Of a stretch of DNA of 47,437 nucleotides, positions 39,010 to 47,328 are shown piece by piece. Each line of letters opens with the position of its first letter. Position 1 is the stretch's first letter. The position numbers and the translations under genes are program-made. The notes below the pieces were generated by a model that was not told where the DNA came from, did not search any database, and saw nothing but the letters and a program-made list of their open reading frames with translations. The stretch comes from Paludibacteraceae bacterium (lineage in GTDB: Bacteria; Bacteroidota; Bacteroidia; Bacteroidales; Paludibacteraceae), in assembly GCA_035402725.1 (NCBI GenBank), contig DAONDU010000001.1:1-47437 (forward strand). The letters run 5' to 3'.

Positions 39010-40017
39010 ATGAAAGTAGCAATTGTTGGCGCCAGCGGCGCAGTAGGACAAGAATTTTTAAGGGTATTGGATGAACGGAATTTTCCGTTGACCGAATTGG
39101 TTTTGTTTGGTTCTTCACGCAGTGCGGGTAAGGAATACGAATTTAAAGGTAAAAAACTGATTGTAAAAGAACTAGTTCACGGTGACGATTTCAAGGGCAT
39201 TGACATTGCTTTTACATCAGCCGGAGCGGGCATTTCAAAAGAATTTGCAGCAGATATTACCAAATTCGGTGCGGTAATGATTGACAATTCAAGTGCTTTT
39301 CGTATGGAAAACGATATACCGCTGGTGGTACCAGAAGTTAATCCTGCCGACGCAAAAAACCGTCCACGAGGAATCATTGCAAATCCTAATTGTACTACTA
39401 TCCAGATGGTTGTCGCTCTTAAGGCGCTTGAAGATGTATCACATATCAAACGGGTTCATGTTTCATCCTATCAGGCCGCAAGCGGTGCCGGAGCTGCCGC
39501 CATGGACGAACTGGAACTGCAATACCGTCAGATTGCTAAGGGTGAAGAACCAACAGTGAGTAAATTTGCTTATCAGCTTGCTTATAACGTTATTCCTCAT
39601 ATTGATGTATTTACCGAAAACGGATACACCAAAGAGGAAATGAAAATGTACAACGAAACGCGCAAGATCATGCATTCGGATGTGGAAGTCAGCGCTACCT
39701 GTGTTCGTGTTCCCACCCTGCGCGCTCACTCCGAAAGCGTTTGGGCAGAAACAGAGCGTCCGATTAGCGTGGAAGAAGCCCGCGAGGCATTTGCAAATGC
39801 TCAGGGTGTAGTATTGATGGATAATCCGGCTGAAAAAATATATCCGATGCCACTTTTCCTATCAGGTAAAGATCCCGTACATGTTGGCCGTGTACGCAAA
39901 GACCTTTCAAACCCCAACGGCATTACCTTCTGGTGTGTTAGTGATCAGATCAAGAAAGGAGCAGCCCTCAATGCAGTACAGATTGCCGAATACCTGATTG
40001 CCGAAAAGGATATTTAA
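39010..40017 (+). CDS. asd: Aspartate-semialdehyde dehydrogenase
   Basis: [12 protein letters not shown], active-site region [17 protein letters not shown]. 335 aa. Confidence 0.95.
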   Translation: MKVAIVGASGAVGQEFLRVLDERNFPLTELVLFGSSRSAGKEYEFKGKKLIVKELVHGDDFKGIDIAFTSAGAGISKEFAADITKFGAVMIDNSSAFRMENDIPLVVPEVNPADAKNRPRGIIANPNCTTIQMVVALKALEDVSHIKRVHVSSYQAASGAGAAAMDELELQYRQIAKGEEPTVSKFAYQLAYNVIPHIDVFTENGYTKEEMKMYNETRKIMHSDVEVSATCVRVPTLRAHSESVWAETERPISVEEAREAFANAQGVVLMDNPAEKIYPMPLFLSGKDPVHVGRVRKDLSNPNGITFWCVSDQIKKGAALNAVQIAEYLIAEKDI

Positions 40018-40038
40018 TACTTATCTTAAAACAAAAAC

Positions 40039-40095
40039 AGACACTTAAGTATGTATTTCCCTGACTTACAGCTCGGAGAAATCTCTTAAGTGTCT
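40039..40095 (+). repeat. 11-bp perfect inverted repeat with 35-nt spacer downstream of asd (terminator-like)
   Basis: AGACACTTAAG (40039-40049) / CTTAAGTGTCT (40085-40095), followed by TTCATTTT. Partial inner pairing ATTTCC/GGAGAAAT. Confidence 0.5.
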
Positions 40096-40113
40096 TTCAT
40101 TTTAAAATATAAT

Positions 40114-40386
40114 ATGGAAAATAAACCCGCATCGATCAGAGAGTTACGACAAATCCCGGGCGTTGGTCCATCCATAGCTAACGATTTATACCGCATTGGC
40201 ATACGAAAAATTGATGATTTGAAATTCAAAAATCCGGAAGATTTGTACGATTGGTCTAATCAGATGGCAGGCTGCGTACAGGATCGATGCTTGCTTTACG
40301 TTTTCCGGTGTGCTGTCTATTTTGCCGAAACTGATCCTGAAAACCGTGAACCTGAAAAACTCAAATGGTGGAACTGGAAAATATAA
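40114..40386 (+). CDS. Helix-hairpin-helix protein (Cdd1-like family)
   Basis: LRQIPGVGPSIANDLYRIGIRKIDDL is an HhH motif. Start placed at ATG 40114 rather than GTG 40090. Confidence 0.6.
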   Translation: MENKPASIRELRQIPGVGPSIANDLYRIGIRKIDDLKFKNPEDLYDWSNQMAGCVQDRCLLYVFRCAVYFAETDPENREPEKLKWWNWKI

Positions 40387-40596
40387 ATCCTGCAGATTGA
40401 CCAGAACTGCTATTTCCAAAAAAACGATTAATATGCGTTAAAAAAACAGACTTCCCGGGCATAAAGACCAGAATTATAAAAAATCTTCAGTTTTTCTATT
40501 TATCACCTTCCTTTACAGACATCCTTTATGTTATTTTCTGAAATATAAAAAGACAATATTTATTCTGATAATTGTTTCTTGCAAATTCACGTTGCT

Positions 40597-40615
40597 GATA
40601 ATAATATAGATTATC
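40597..40615. promoter_or_regulatory. Fur-box-like 19-mer
   Basis: GATAATAATATAGATTATC matches the classical Fur box GATAATGATAATCATTATC at 15/19 positions. It contains the inverted repeat TGATAAT-N7-ATTATCA (40596-40616). Further TGATAAT copies lie at 40566-40572 and 40657-40663. Confidence 0.35.
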
Positions 40616-40718
40616 ATTACTAACTAACAATTCTGGTAACCAATTAGTTAATTTTTTGATAATTCCCTAAAAAAACTTTTCGATAGCACTTTACGAGAAC
40701 AAAAAAACCTATTTCTGG

Positions 40719-40734
40719 TTTATAATATTATAAA
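40719..40734. promoter_or_regulatory. Perfect 16-bp AT palindrome abutting the promoter (PerR/Fur-family-like operator candidate)
   Basis: TTTATAATATTATAAA is a perfect palindrome that contains TTATAAT/ATTATAA half-sites. It ends 11 nt before the -7 box at 40746. Confidence 0.4.
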
Positions 40735-40745
40735 AGCGAAAAGTG

Positions 40746-40753
40746 TAACTTTG
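40746..40753 (+). promoter_or_regulatory. -7 promoter box (TAnnTTTG) for the cupin/DUF438 genes
   Basis: TAACTTTG lies 57 bp upstream of ATG 40810. Confidence 0.45.
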
Positions 40754-40809
40754 GTTACAATTTATATTAATTCTAAACTATTACTTTGCTCTACCAAATT
40801 ATCAGAAAA

Positions 40810-41172
40810 ATGAATATGAAATTTACTTACAATAAGGAAAACAAAATGAATACCTTGTTTAATAATGGCGAAGTTTTTCCTTTGGAAACTTCGATAGAAT
40901 ACACCGGCGGTGGCGTTGTCAGCAAACAAATAACCAAAAGTCCGGCAGGCAACGTAACCCTGTTTTCCTTTGACAAGGGACAGGGTCTGACAGAGCACAC
41001 AGCAGCATACGACGCTATAGTTGAGATACTCGATGGTGAAGCTGAAATACGTATTGATGGTGAACCCAAAATAGTTAAAAAGGGAGAATGCATCATAATG
41101 CCAGCCAATCATCCGCATGCGCTAAACGCGGTACAACCATTCAAAATGCTGTTAATCATGATAAAAGGTTAA
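40810..41172 (+). CDS. Cupin-domain protein
   Basis: The cupin_2 pattern is G..L.EH.A..DA.V.ILDGEAEI.I.G....KKGE.I.MPANHPHAL. The start is uncertain: ATG 40810 or ATG 40846 (MNTLFNNGE). Confidence 0.7.
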   Translation: MNMKFTYNKENKMNTLFNNGEVFPLETSIEYTGGGVVSKQITKSPAGNVTLFSFDKGQGLTEHTAAYDAIVEILDGEAEIRIDGEPKIVKKGECIIMPANHPHALNAVQPFKMLLIMIKG

Positions 41173-41196
41173 TTATAACAATATAAAAACCTCATT

Positions 41197-42438
41197 ATGA
41201 GCGAATATATAGATAACTCAACAAAAAGAAAAGACCTGCTTAAGCATCTGTTAATTCAACTGCATGAAGGCGCACCTGCCTCAGTCTTGCGTGGAAGACT
41301 TATTGAAGTATTAAGCAGCATTCCTTACAATGAAGTAGTGGAAGTCGAAGAGGAACTCATCAATTCAGGAACTCTCACATCGGAAGAAATTCTTGATTTC
41401 TGCGATTTACATACATCCGTATTGGATGGCAGCATTGATTTGGAAGGCGCGAAAACTATTCCCCCCGGTCATCCTGTCGATACTTTCAAAAAGGAGAATA
41501 TAGCTATCCGTAATGAAATTGATAAAGCACACCATCTTTTTGAAGATCTAAAAAGTGTAACCAAAGAAAACATTAACGAATATGTGATTAAAATTCGCAC
41601 AGTTTTCAATGCTTTATCCGATATCGACAAGCATTACAAACGTAAAGAATACCTGCTTTTTCCTTACCTGGAGAAACACGAAGTAACCGGACCTCCAAAA
41701 GTAATGTGGGGAAAACACGATGAAATTCGTGGTTTGATGAAAGATATTTACGAGGCACTGGAAACACCCGAAATTGACGTCGAGGAACTAAAACCAATCA
41801 TTGAAATGGTTATTAAGCCTGTCCTGGAACTTATTGAGGGGATGATCATGAAAGAGGAAGAAATTCTTTTACCCATGACAATGGATACCCTCACCAGTGA
41901 GGAATGGTACAAAATATATAAAGAAACACCTGAATTTGGTTTCTGCCTGGTTGATCCTGAAGCAGAATGGAAACCGGAGGATGTTGCCGAAACACAGCCT
42001 GAATTTATCCATACAGATGCAATCCGTTTGTCATCCGGGGCATTTAGCATGGAAGAATTAGAGGCTCTGTTTATTCATTTACCCATTGACATTACATTTG
42101 TTGATAAGAACGATAAAGTACAATTTTTTTCGCACAGCCCCAATCGTGTGTTTGAACGTAACCGATCAATACTTGGCCGTGATGTACGTATGTGCCACCC
42201 TCCAGGAAGCGTACATATTGTGGAACAAATACTGACCGATTTCAAAAGTGGAAAAGAAAACAAAGCCGCGTTTTGGATGTCTGATTTCAAAGGACGGTTT
42301 ATTTATATAGAATATACAGCTGTTCGTTCTCCTGAAGGCGAATATTTTGGAGTTGTTGAAATTACTCAGGATATTACTGAATTGAGAAAACTGGAAGGTG
42401 ATCAAAGACTACTCTCTTATTCAAAAATAGAAAAATAA
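41197..42438 (+). CDS. DUF438 / hemerythrin-like / PAS three-domain protein
   Basis: N-terminal DUF438-like helical region (RKDLLKHLLIQLHEG). Central hemerythrin-type H/E motifs (HPVDTF..EN, DKHYKRKEYLLFPYLEKH, WGKHDEIR). C-terminal PAS-like region (ITFVDKNDKVQFFS...GRDVRMCHPP...ITQDITELRKLE). Confidence 0.75.
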   Translation: MSEYIDNSTKRKDLLKHLLIQLHEGAPASVLRGRLIEVLSSIPYNEVVEVEEELINSGTLTSEEILDFCDLHTSVLDGSIDLEGAKTIPPGHPVDTFKKENIAIRNEIDKAHHLFEDLKSVTKENINEYVIKIRTVFNALSDIDKHYKRKEYLLFPYLEKHEVTGPPKVMWGKHDEIRGLMKDIYEALETPEIDVEELKPIIEMVIKPVLELIEGMIMKEEEILLPMTMDTLTSEEWYKIYKETPEFGFCLVDPEAEWKPEDVAETQPEFIHTDAIRLSSGAFSMEELEALFIHLPIDITFVDKNDKVQFFSHSPNRVFERNRSILGRDVRMCHPPGSVHIVEQILTDFKSGKENKAAFWMSDFKGRFIYIEYTAVRSPEGEYFGVVEITQDITELRKLEGDQRLLSYSKIEK

Positions 42439-42439
42439 T

Positions 42440-42466
42440 CAGGCGGCATTAGCCGCCTGTTTTGTT
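42440..42466 (+). terminator. Intrinsic terminator after the DUF438 gene
   Basis: 8-bp GC-rich stem CAGGCGGC / GCCGCCTG with loop ATTA, followed by TTTTGTT. It starts 2 nt after the stop codon. Confidence 0.75.
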
Positions 42467-42519
42467 CTTAAACTGAAAATTTACCATCAAATTAAATACT
42501 AAACTTTTTTATTAAAATA

Positions 42520-43023
42520 ATGAACATAACTCCCGATACAAAAATTGCTGATTTATTAAAAGAGTTTCCACAACTGGAAGCTACAATAATCAGGTATTCA
42601 CCTGCATTTTCAGCATTGAAAAATCCGGTATTACGCCGTACTGTAGCTAAGGTCACTTCATTGCAACAAGCAGCTAAGGTTGGTAATGTTTCGATTGTGG
42701 AAATGGTTGATACCCTTAGGGCAGAAGTAGGTCAGTCACCATTACACGATGAGTATGCACAAATAGAAAATTCGGATATCAACGCCGAAATTCCTTCATA
42801 TAGAGTCACTCATCACTATGATGCCCGGCCGGTAATTGATGCTGGCGACCACCCGAAAGATGCCATATTTGAATTGGCCAAAACCATGAAATCCGGGGAC
42901 TGTCTGGAAATTCTTACTCCCTTCCCACCAGTTCCGATAGCCGACTTTCTAACAAATAAAGGGTATAAGGTAACAATATCAACAACACAAAACGGTGTAG
43001 TAAAAACATATGTAAAAATATAA
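42520..43023 (+). CDS. DUF1858 + DUF2249 two-domain protein
   Basis: The N-terminus ITPDTKIADLLKEFPQLEATIIRYSPAF..LKNPVLRRTVAKVTSLQQAA is ScdA_N/DUF1858-like. The C-terminus YDARPVIDAGDHP...SGDCLEILTPFPPVPIADFL..KGY is DUF2249 / TusA-like. Confidence 0.65.
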   Translation: MNITPDTKIADLLKEFPQLEATIIRYSPAFSALKNPVLRRTVAKVTSLQQAAKVGNVSIVEMVDTLRAEVGQSPLHDEYAQIENSDINAEIPSYRVTHHYDARPVIDAGDHPKDAIFELAKTMKSGDCLEILTPFPPVPIADFLTNKGYKVTISTTQNGVVKTYVKI

Positions 43024-43104
43024 GTTCGGACTCTGCTTGTATAAATTCTTAAATAATAAAGGGTAACCATAAAAAAACATTAAACAAATTTTGAAAAAAT
43101 ATTA

Positions 43105-43112
43105 TATTTTTG
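43105..43112 (+). promoter_or_regulatory. -7 promoter box (TAnnTTTG)
   Basis: TATTTTTG lies 21 bp upstream of ATG 43133. Confidence 0.5.
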
Positions 43113-43132
43113 CAACCAATTAAATATGAAAA

Positions 43133-43360
43133 ATGGAAACAACAGAATTAATTGGTTACATAGCAATGGCTTTTTTAGTGGTTTCTTTTCTCCCCAAACA
43201 GATAAGAAGAATTCGAATTATTAATTGTATAGGCTGTACATTTTTTGTTCTATATGGAATACTGTTAGGATGGAAATGGCCACTGATTGTATCGAATGGA
43301 CTGATAGCGCTCATTCAGATCTATCATTTATTTTTCGCAAAAAACAAAGCCGTAGTTTAA
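43133..43360 (+). CDS. Small three-helix membrane protein, PQ-loop/SemiSWEET-like
   Basis: 75 aa. LIGYIAMAFLVVSFLPKQIRRI ... FFVLYGILLGWKWPLIVSNGLIALIQIYHLF resembles by eye the SemiSWEET/PQ-loop pattern (SF.PQ..., F..YG.L....P.I..N). It has its own promoter box and terminator. Confidence 0.5.
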   Translation: METTELIGYIAMAFLVVSFLPKQIRRIRIINCIGCTFFVLYGILLGWKWPLIVSNGLIALIQIYHLFFAKNKAVV

Positions 43361-43381
43361 TAAATTACTAAAAATTCAGAG

Positions 43382-43419
43382 CGACCGGAAACATTACTAT
43401 TGTTCCGGTCGTTTTGTTT
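43382..43419 (+). terminator. Intrinsic terminator
   Basis: 9-bp stem CGACCGGAA (43382-43390) / TTCCGGTCG (43403-43411), followed by TTTTGTTT. Confidence 0.7.
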
Positions 43420-43482
43420 ACTCAAAATGTTAAGCAAAATCAACGCTGAGTATCGTTATATTGCCAAAACAACGAAACTTGT

Positions 43483-43490
43483 TACCTTTG
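43483..43490 (+). promoter_or_regulatory. -7 promoter box (TAnnTTTG) for mnmG
   Basis: TACCTTTG lies 22 bp upstream of ATG 43512, which supports the MDFNYDVIVIGAG start. Confidence 0.55.
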
Positions 43491-43511
43491 TACTCTCTAA
43501 ATGAATTATTT

Positions 43512-45386
43512 ATGGATTTCAACTATGATGTAATTGTGATTGGTGCCGGACATGCCGGATGTGAAGCTGCTGCCGCCTCGGCCAACATGGGATCAAAAAC
43601 GCTGCTTATCACTATGGATATGAATAAGATAGCACAGATGAGCTGCAATCCGGCTGTTGGCGGCATTGCCAAAGGTCAGATTGTGAGAGAAATCGATGCC
43701 TTGGGTGGACAAATGGGAATTGTAACTGACAAGAGTGCCATCCAGTTCCGCATGCTAAACCGTTCGAAAGGCCCAGCCATGTGGAGTCCACGTTCTCAAA
43801 GCGACCGACACAAATTCATACATGAATGGACTGAAATAGTATCAAATACTGATAATTTATATATCTGGCAGGACACTGTTAAGGAATTAATAATTGATAA
43901 TAAACAGGTTACAGGTGTAAAAACGCTTCTTGGCGTTGAAATGAAGGCCAAATGTGTGGTTTTGACAGCAGGCACATTCCTGAGAGGATTGATTCATGTT
44001 GGAAAAATGCAAATTGACGGAGGACGTGTTTCTGAACCGGCATCATACGGCTTAACCGAGCAACTAAAATCCATCGGGTTCACAACCGACCGGATGAAAA
44101 CCGGCACTCCCATGCGTATTGACGGACGAACGATCGATTTCAGTCAGTTGACCGAACAGGTTGGTGAGAATGATTTTCATAAATTCTCATATTTGAAAGA
44201 AGTCAAGCGTGAACTACCTCAGCAAAGTTGCTGGATTACCTATACCAATCAAAAAACCCATGAAATCCTTCACGGCGGATTGGAATTCTCACCGCTTTAC
44301 AACGGACAGATAAAAAGCATCGGGCCCCGTTACTGTCCGAGTATCGAAACAAAAATAATTACCTTCGCCGACAAAAATGCTCACCAATTATTTCTTGAAC
44401 CCGAAGGTGTCAATTCAAGAGAATGGTATGTGAACGGGTTCTCCTCTTCCCTACCCTGGCAGACACAAATTGCGGCGATACAAAGTGTAAAGGGGTTGGA
44501 AAAAGTTCAGCTTTATCGTCCCGGATACGCTATCGAATACGACTTTTTTGATCCTACCCAACTAAACCATTCACTCGAAACAAAGCGAATAAAAAATCTA
44601 TTCTTTGCCGGTCAGGTGAATGGTACCACCGGTTATGAAGAAGCAGGCGGACAAGGTTTGATTGCAGGTATAAACGCTCATATCAACTGTCACGGTGGGG
44701 AAAATTTCACGCTGCTGCGTGACGAAGCGTATATTGGTGTGTTGATTGACGATTTGGTGACCAAGGGGGTTGACGAACCTTACCGTATGTTTACTTCGCG
44801 TGCCGAATACCGGTTACTGCTCCGGCAGGACGATGCCGATATGCGACTTACCGAACGCTCACATTCCATTGGTCTGGCAAAGAAAAACCGGTTGGATCAA
44901 CTAACCTACAAAAAGGCAGAACAGGAAAAATTAATTTATTTTCTACGCAATACATCCATAAAACCACGGGAAATAAACAACTTCTTACTGTCTAAAAATT
45001 CTACGGAATTAGTACATGGGTGCAAAATATCTGACCTGGTTTTACGTCCTCAATTTGGGATAACGGAGCTGGCTCAGGCTGTTCCCGTATTAAGGGAAAA
45101 ACTGGAAAGTATCTCCGAAATCAGTGAAGAAGTCAGCGAAAGCGTAGAAGTGATGTTGAAATATTCAGGCTATATTGAGCGCGAAAAACTGATCGCAGAG
45201 AAGCTTCAACGTCTCGAACATATCATCATCAGGGATAAAATTGACTACTCAACCGTTCAGTCACTATCGACAGAAGCCCGGCAAAAACTTGCCAGAATAA
45301 ACCCCGAAACCATTGGGCAGGCAAGCAGAATACCGGGAATTTCTCCAAGCGACGTCAATATTTTGCTCGTTATGATGGGAAGATAA
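43512..45386 (+). CDS. mnmG: tRNA uridine 5-carboxymethylaminomethyl modification enzyme MnmG (GidA)
   Basis: YDVIVIGAGHAGCEAA, SCNPAVGGIAKG, GPRYCPSIE, GQVNGTTGYEEA. Confidence 0.95.
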   Translation: MDFNYDVIVIGAGHAGCEAAAASANMGSKTLLITMDMNKIAQMSCNPAVGGIAKGQIVREIDALGGQMGIVTDKSAIQFRMLNRSKGPAMWSPRSQSDRHKFIHEWTEIVSNTDNLYIWQDTVKELIIDNKQVTGVKTLLGVEMKAKCVVLTAGTFLRGLIHVGKMQIDGGRVSEPASYGLTEQLKSIGFTTDRMKTGTPMRIDGRTIDFSQLTEQVGENDFHKFSYLKEVKRELPQQSCWITYTNQKTHEILHGGLEFSPLYNGQIKSIGPRYCPSIETKIITFADKNAHQLFLEPEGVNSREWYVNGFSSSLPWQTQIAAIQSVKGLEKVQLYRPGYAIEYDFFDPTQLNHSLETKRIKNLFFAGQVNGTTGYEEAGGQGLIAGINAHINCHGGENFTLLRDEAYIGVLIDDLVTKGVDEPYRMFTSRAEYRLLLRQDDADMRLTERSHSIGLAKKNRLDQLTYKKAEQEKLIYFLRNTSIKPREINNFLLSKNSTELVHGCKISDLVLRPQFGITELAQAVPVLREKLESISEISEEVSESVEVMLKYSGYIEREKLIAEKLQRLEHIIIRDKIDYSTVQSLSTEARQKLARINPETIGQASRIPGISPSDVNILLVMMGR

Positions 45387-45392
45387 TAACCA

Positions 45393-45408
45393 TGTTCCAC
45401 GTGGAACA
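45393..45408. other. parS centromere-like ParB-binding site (copy 1)
   Basis: TGTTCCACGTGGAACA is a perfect 16-bp palindrome, 18 bp when the flanking A/T are included. It matches the parS consensus TGTTNCACGTGAAACA at 15/16 positions. Confidence 0.8.
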
Positions 45409-45484
45409 TAATCAACTTGCGCACAAAAGTGCTGAGTTGAATTTGTAAACTATTATATTGTAAAATAATCTATTGATTAATATT

Positions 45485-45500
45485 TGTTCCACGTGGAACG
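45485..45500. other. parS centromere-like ParB-binding site (copy 2)
   Basis: TGTTCCACGTGGAACG matches the parS consensus at 14/16 positions. It ends 10 nt before the uvrC ATG. Confidence 0.7.
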
Positions 45501-45510
45501 CTTTCGTTGT

Positions 45511-47328
45511 ATGAAAATTTCATCCTCATTAAAAGAACAGATTAGGATGCTCCCCGAAAATCCGGGAGTATATCAGTATTTTAATGCCAACGAAGAAATA
45601 ATATATGTGGGTAAGGCAAAGAACCTGAAAAAAAGAGTAAACTCATATTTCAACAAAATTCACGATGACAACAAAACAAATGTTCTGGTAAAAAACATTT
45701 CCTATCTTCGATATATTGTTGTTGACAGCGAAGAAAACGCCCTTCTGCTTGAAAATAATCTTATAAAGCAGTATCAACCGAGATATAATATTTTACTGAA
45801 AGATGGTAAAACATATCCCAGTATTTGTATTACCAACGAAGAATTTCCCCGCATTTTCAAAACAAGAAACATCAATAAAAAATGGGGACAATACTTCGGA
45901 CCTTTCAGTTCGGGTTATACTATAAATTCTATCCTGGAAATTATCAACAAACTCTACCCTATCCGATCCTGTCATTTGGCTCTAACCGAGCAAAGCATTG
46001 CGACTGGAAAATTTAAAGTGTGTCTCGATTATCACATAAAAAAATGTAAAGGTCCTTGCGAGGCTTATCAAACCAGAAAAGAATATCAGGACAACATTAA
46101 CGAAATAAAAAAAATTATTCAGGGCGACGCTAACGAAATAAGCAAACTTCTTTTCGCAAAGATGAAGAAACTGGCAGCTGAATATAAATTTGAAGAAGCA
46201 AATGAAATCAAGCAAAAATATGATTTGATTGAAAATTATAAATCAAAATCGATTATTGCGAATTCGGTGGTAAATAATACAGACGTTTTTGCTTATGCCG
46301 AGGATGAAAACGCTGCTTACGTGAATATTTTACGGGTGTCGAAGGGTGCGATTATTCAGGGTTATACTATTGAATATAAAAAAAGGATAGACGAAACAAA
46401 AGAGGATATACTTTCGATTGCAATCATTGAATTAAGAGAAAAACTTAACAGCAATTCTAAGGAAATAATAATACCTTTCCCTATCGAAATAGAATTTGCG
46501 TATATAAAGTTTATTGTTCCCCGGCGTGGTGATCGCAAAAAATTACTCGAACTGTCCGAACAAAATGTAAAACAATATAAACTTGAAAAACTCAAACAGA
46601 CAGCAAAATTAAATCCTGATCAAAAGAGCATTCAGTTATTAACGGAAATTCAGCAAAAACTACATCTTGAAAAAATACCAATAACAATTGAGGCTTTCGA
46701 TAATTCAAATATATCGGGATCCGATGCGGTTGCAGCCTGCGTGGTTTTCAAAAAAGCTAAACCTTCTAAAAAGGATTATCGTAAATATATAATAAAAACC
46801 GTTCAGGGTCCGGACGATTACGCATCGATGAAAGAAGTTGTTAAAAGACGCTATATACGAATGGTAAATGAAAACGCGCCTTTACCCGATTTGATAATTG
46901 CTGACGGAGGTATCGGTCAAATGGAGGTAATCCGGCAGGTGGTGGAAGATGAATTAAATCTTAAAATTCCTATTGCGGGACTTGCAAAAAATGATAAGCA
47001 TAAAACCAGTGAATTGCTCTACGGTTTTCCTCCGAAAGAAATCGGGATGAAACCAAACGACACACTTTTCAAATTACTTGCATTTATTCAGGAAGAAGTT
47101 CATCGATTTGCGATTACTTTTCATCGGGACAAAAGAAGCAAAAATCAGACAGCTTCCGAACTTGATAATATTCGCGGTATTGGCGAAAAAACAAAAAATG
47201 AACTAATTAAACATTTTAAGAGCGTGAAAAGAATTAAATCATCTAATTTAGATGAACTTACAAAAATAATTGGAACTAACAGAGCATCAATTGTTTACAA
47301 ATATTTTCACCCGGTTTTGAACGCCTGA
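45511..47328 (+). CDS. uvrC: Excinuclease ABC subunit C
   Basis: GIY-YIG N-terminus (PGVYQYF...IIYVGKAKNLKKRV), UVR domain (FEEANEIKQKYDLIE), endonuclease domain and a C-terminal HhH (IRGIGEKTKNELIKHF). The start at 45511 avoids translating parS. Confidence 0.95.
   Translation: MKISSSLKEQIRMLPENPGVYQYFNANEEIIYVGKAKNLKKRVNSYFNKIHDDNKTNVLVKNISYLRYIVVDSEENALLLENNLIKQYQPRYNILLKDGKTYPSICITNEEFPRIFKTRNINKKWGQYFGPFSSGYTINSILEIINKLYPIRSCHLALTEQSIATGKFKVCLDYHIKKCKGPCEAYQTRKEYQDNINEIKKIIQGDANEISKLLFAKMKKLAAEYKFEEANEIKQKYDLIENYKSKSIIANSVVNNTDVFAYAEDENAAYVNILRVSKGAIIQGYTIEYKKRIDETKEDILSIAIIELREKLNSNSKEIIIPFPIEIEFAYIKFIVPRRGDRKKLLELSEQNVKQYKLEKLKQTAKLNPDQKSIQLLTEIQQKLHLEKIPITIEAFDNSNISGSDAVAACVVFKKAKPSKKDYRKYIIKTVQGPDDYASMKEVVKRRYIRMVNENAPLPDLIIADGGIGQMEVIRQVVEDELNLKIPIAGLAKNDKHKTSELLYGFPPKEIGMKPNDTLFKLLAFIQEEVHRFAITFHRDKRSKNQTASELDNIRGIGEKTKNELIKHFKSVKRIKSSNLDELTKIIGTNRASIVYKYFHPVLNA

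Noticed and set aside
40114-40386. Virulence relevance of the Cdd1-like helix-hairpin-helix protein, whose family is sometimes labelled a pathogenicity locus.
   Set aside because: The family name is historical. Nothing in the sequence or context (next to asd) suggests a virulence island.
45392-45409. The 18-bp palindrome read as a terminator hairpin for mnmG, or as a LexA-type operator (GTTC-N6-GAAC) for uvrC.
   Set aside because: There is no U-tract after it. The full 16-mer matches the parS consensus far better than any LexA motif I know, and a second copy occurs 92 bp away.
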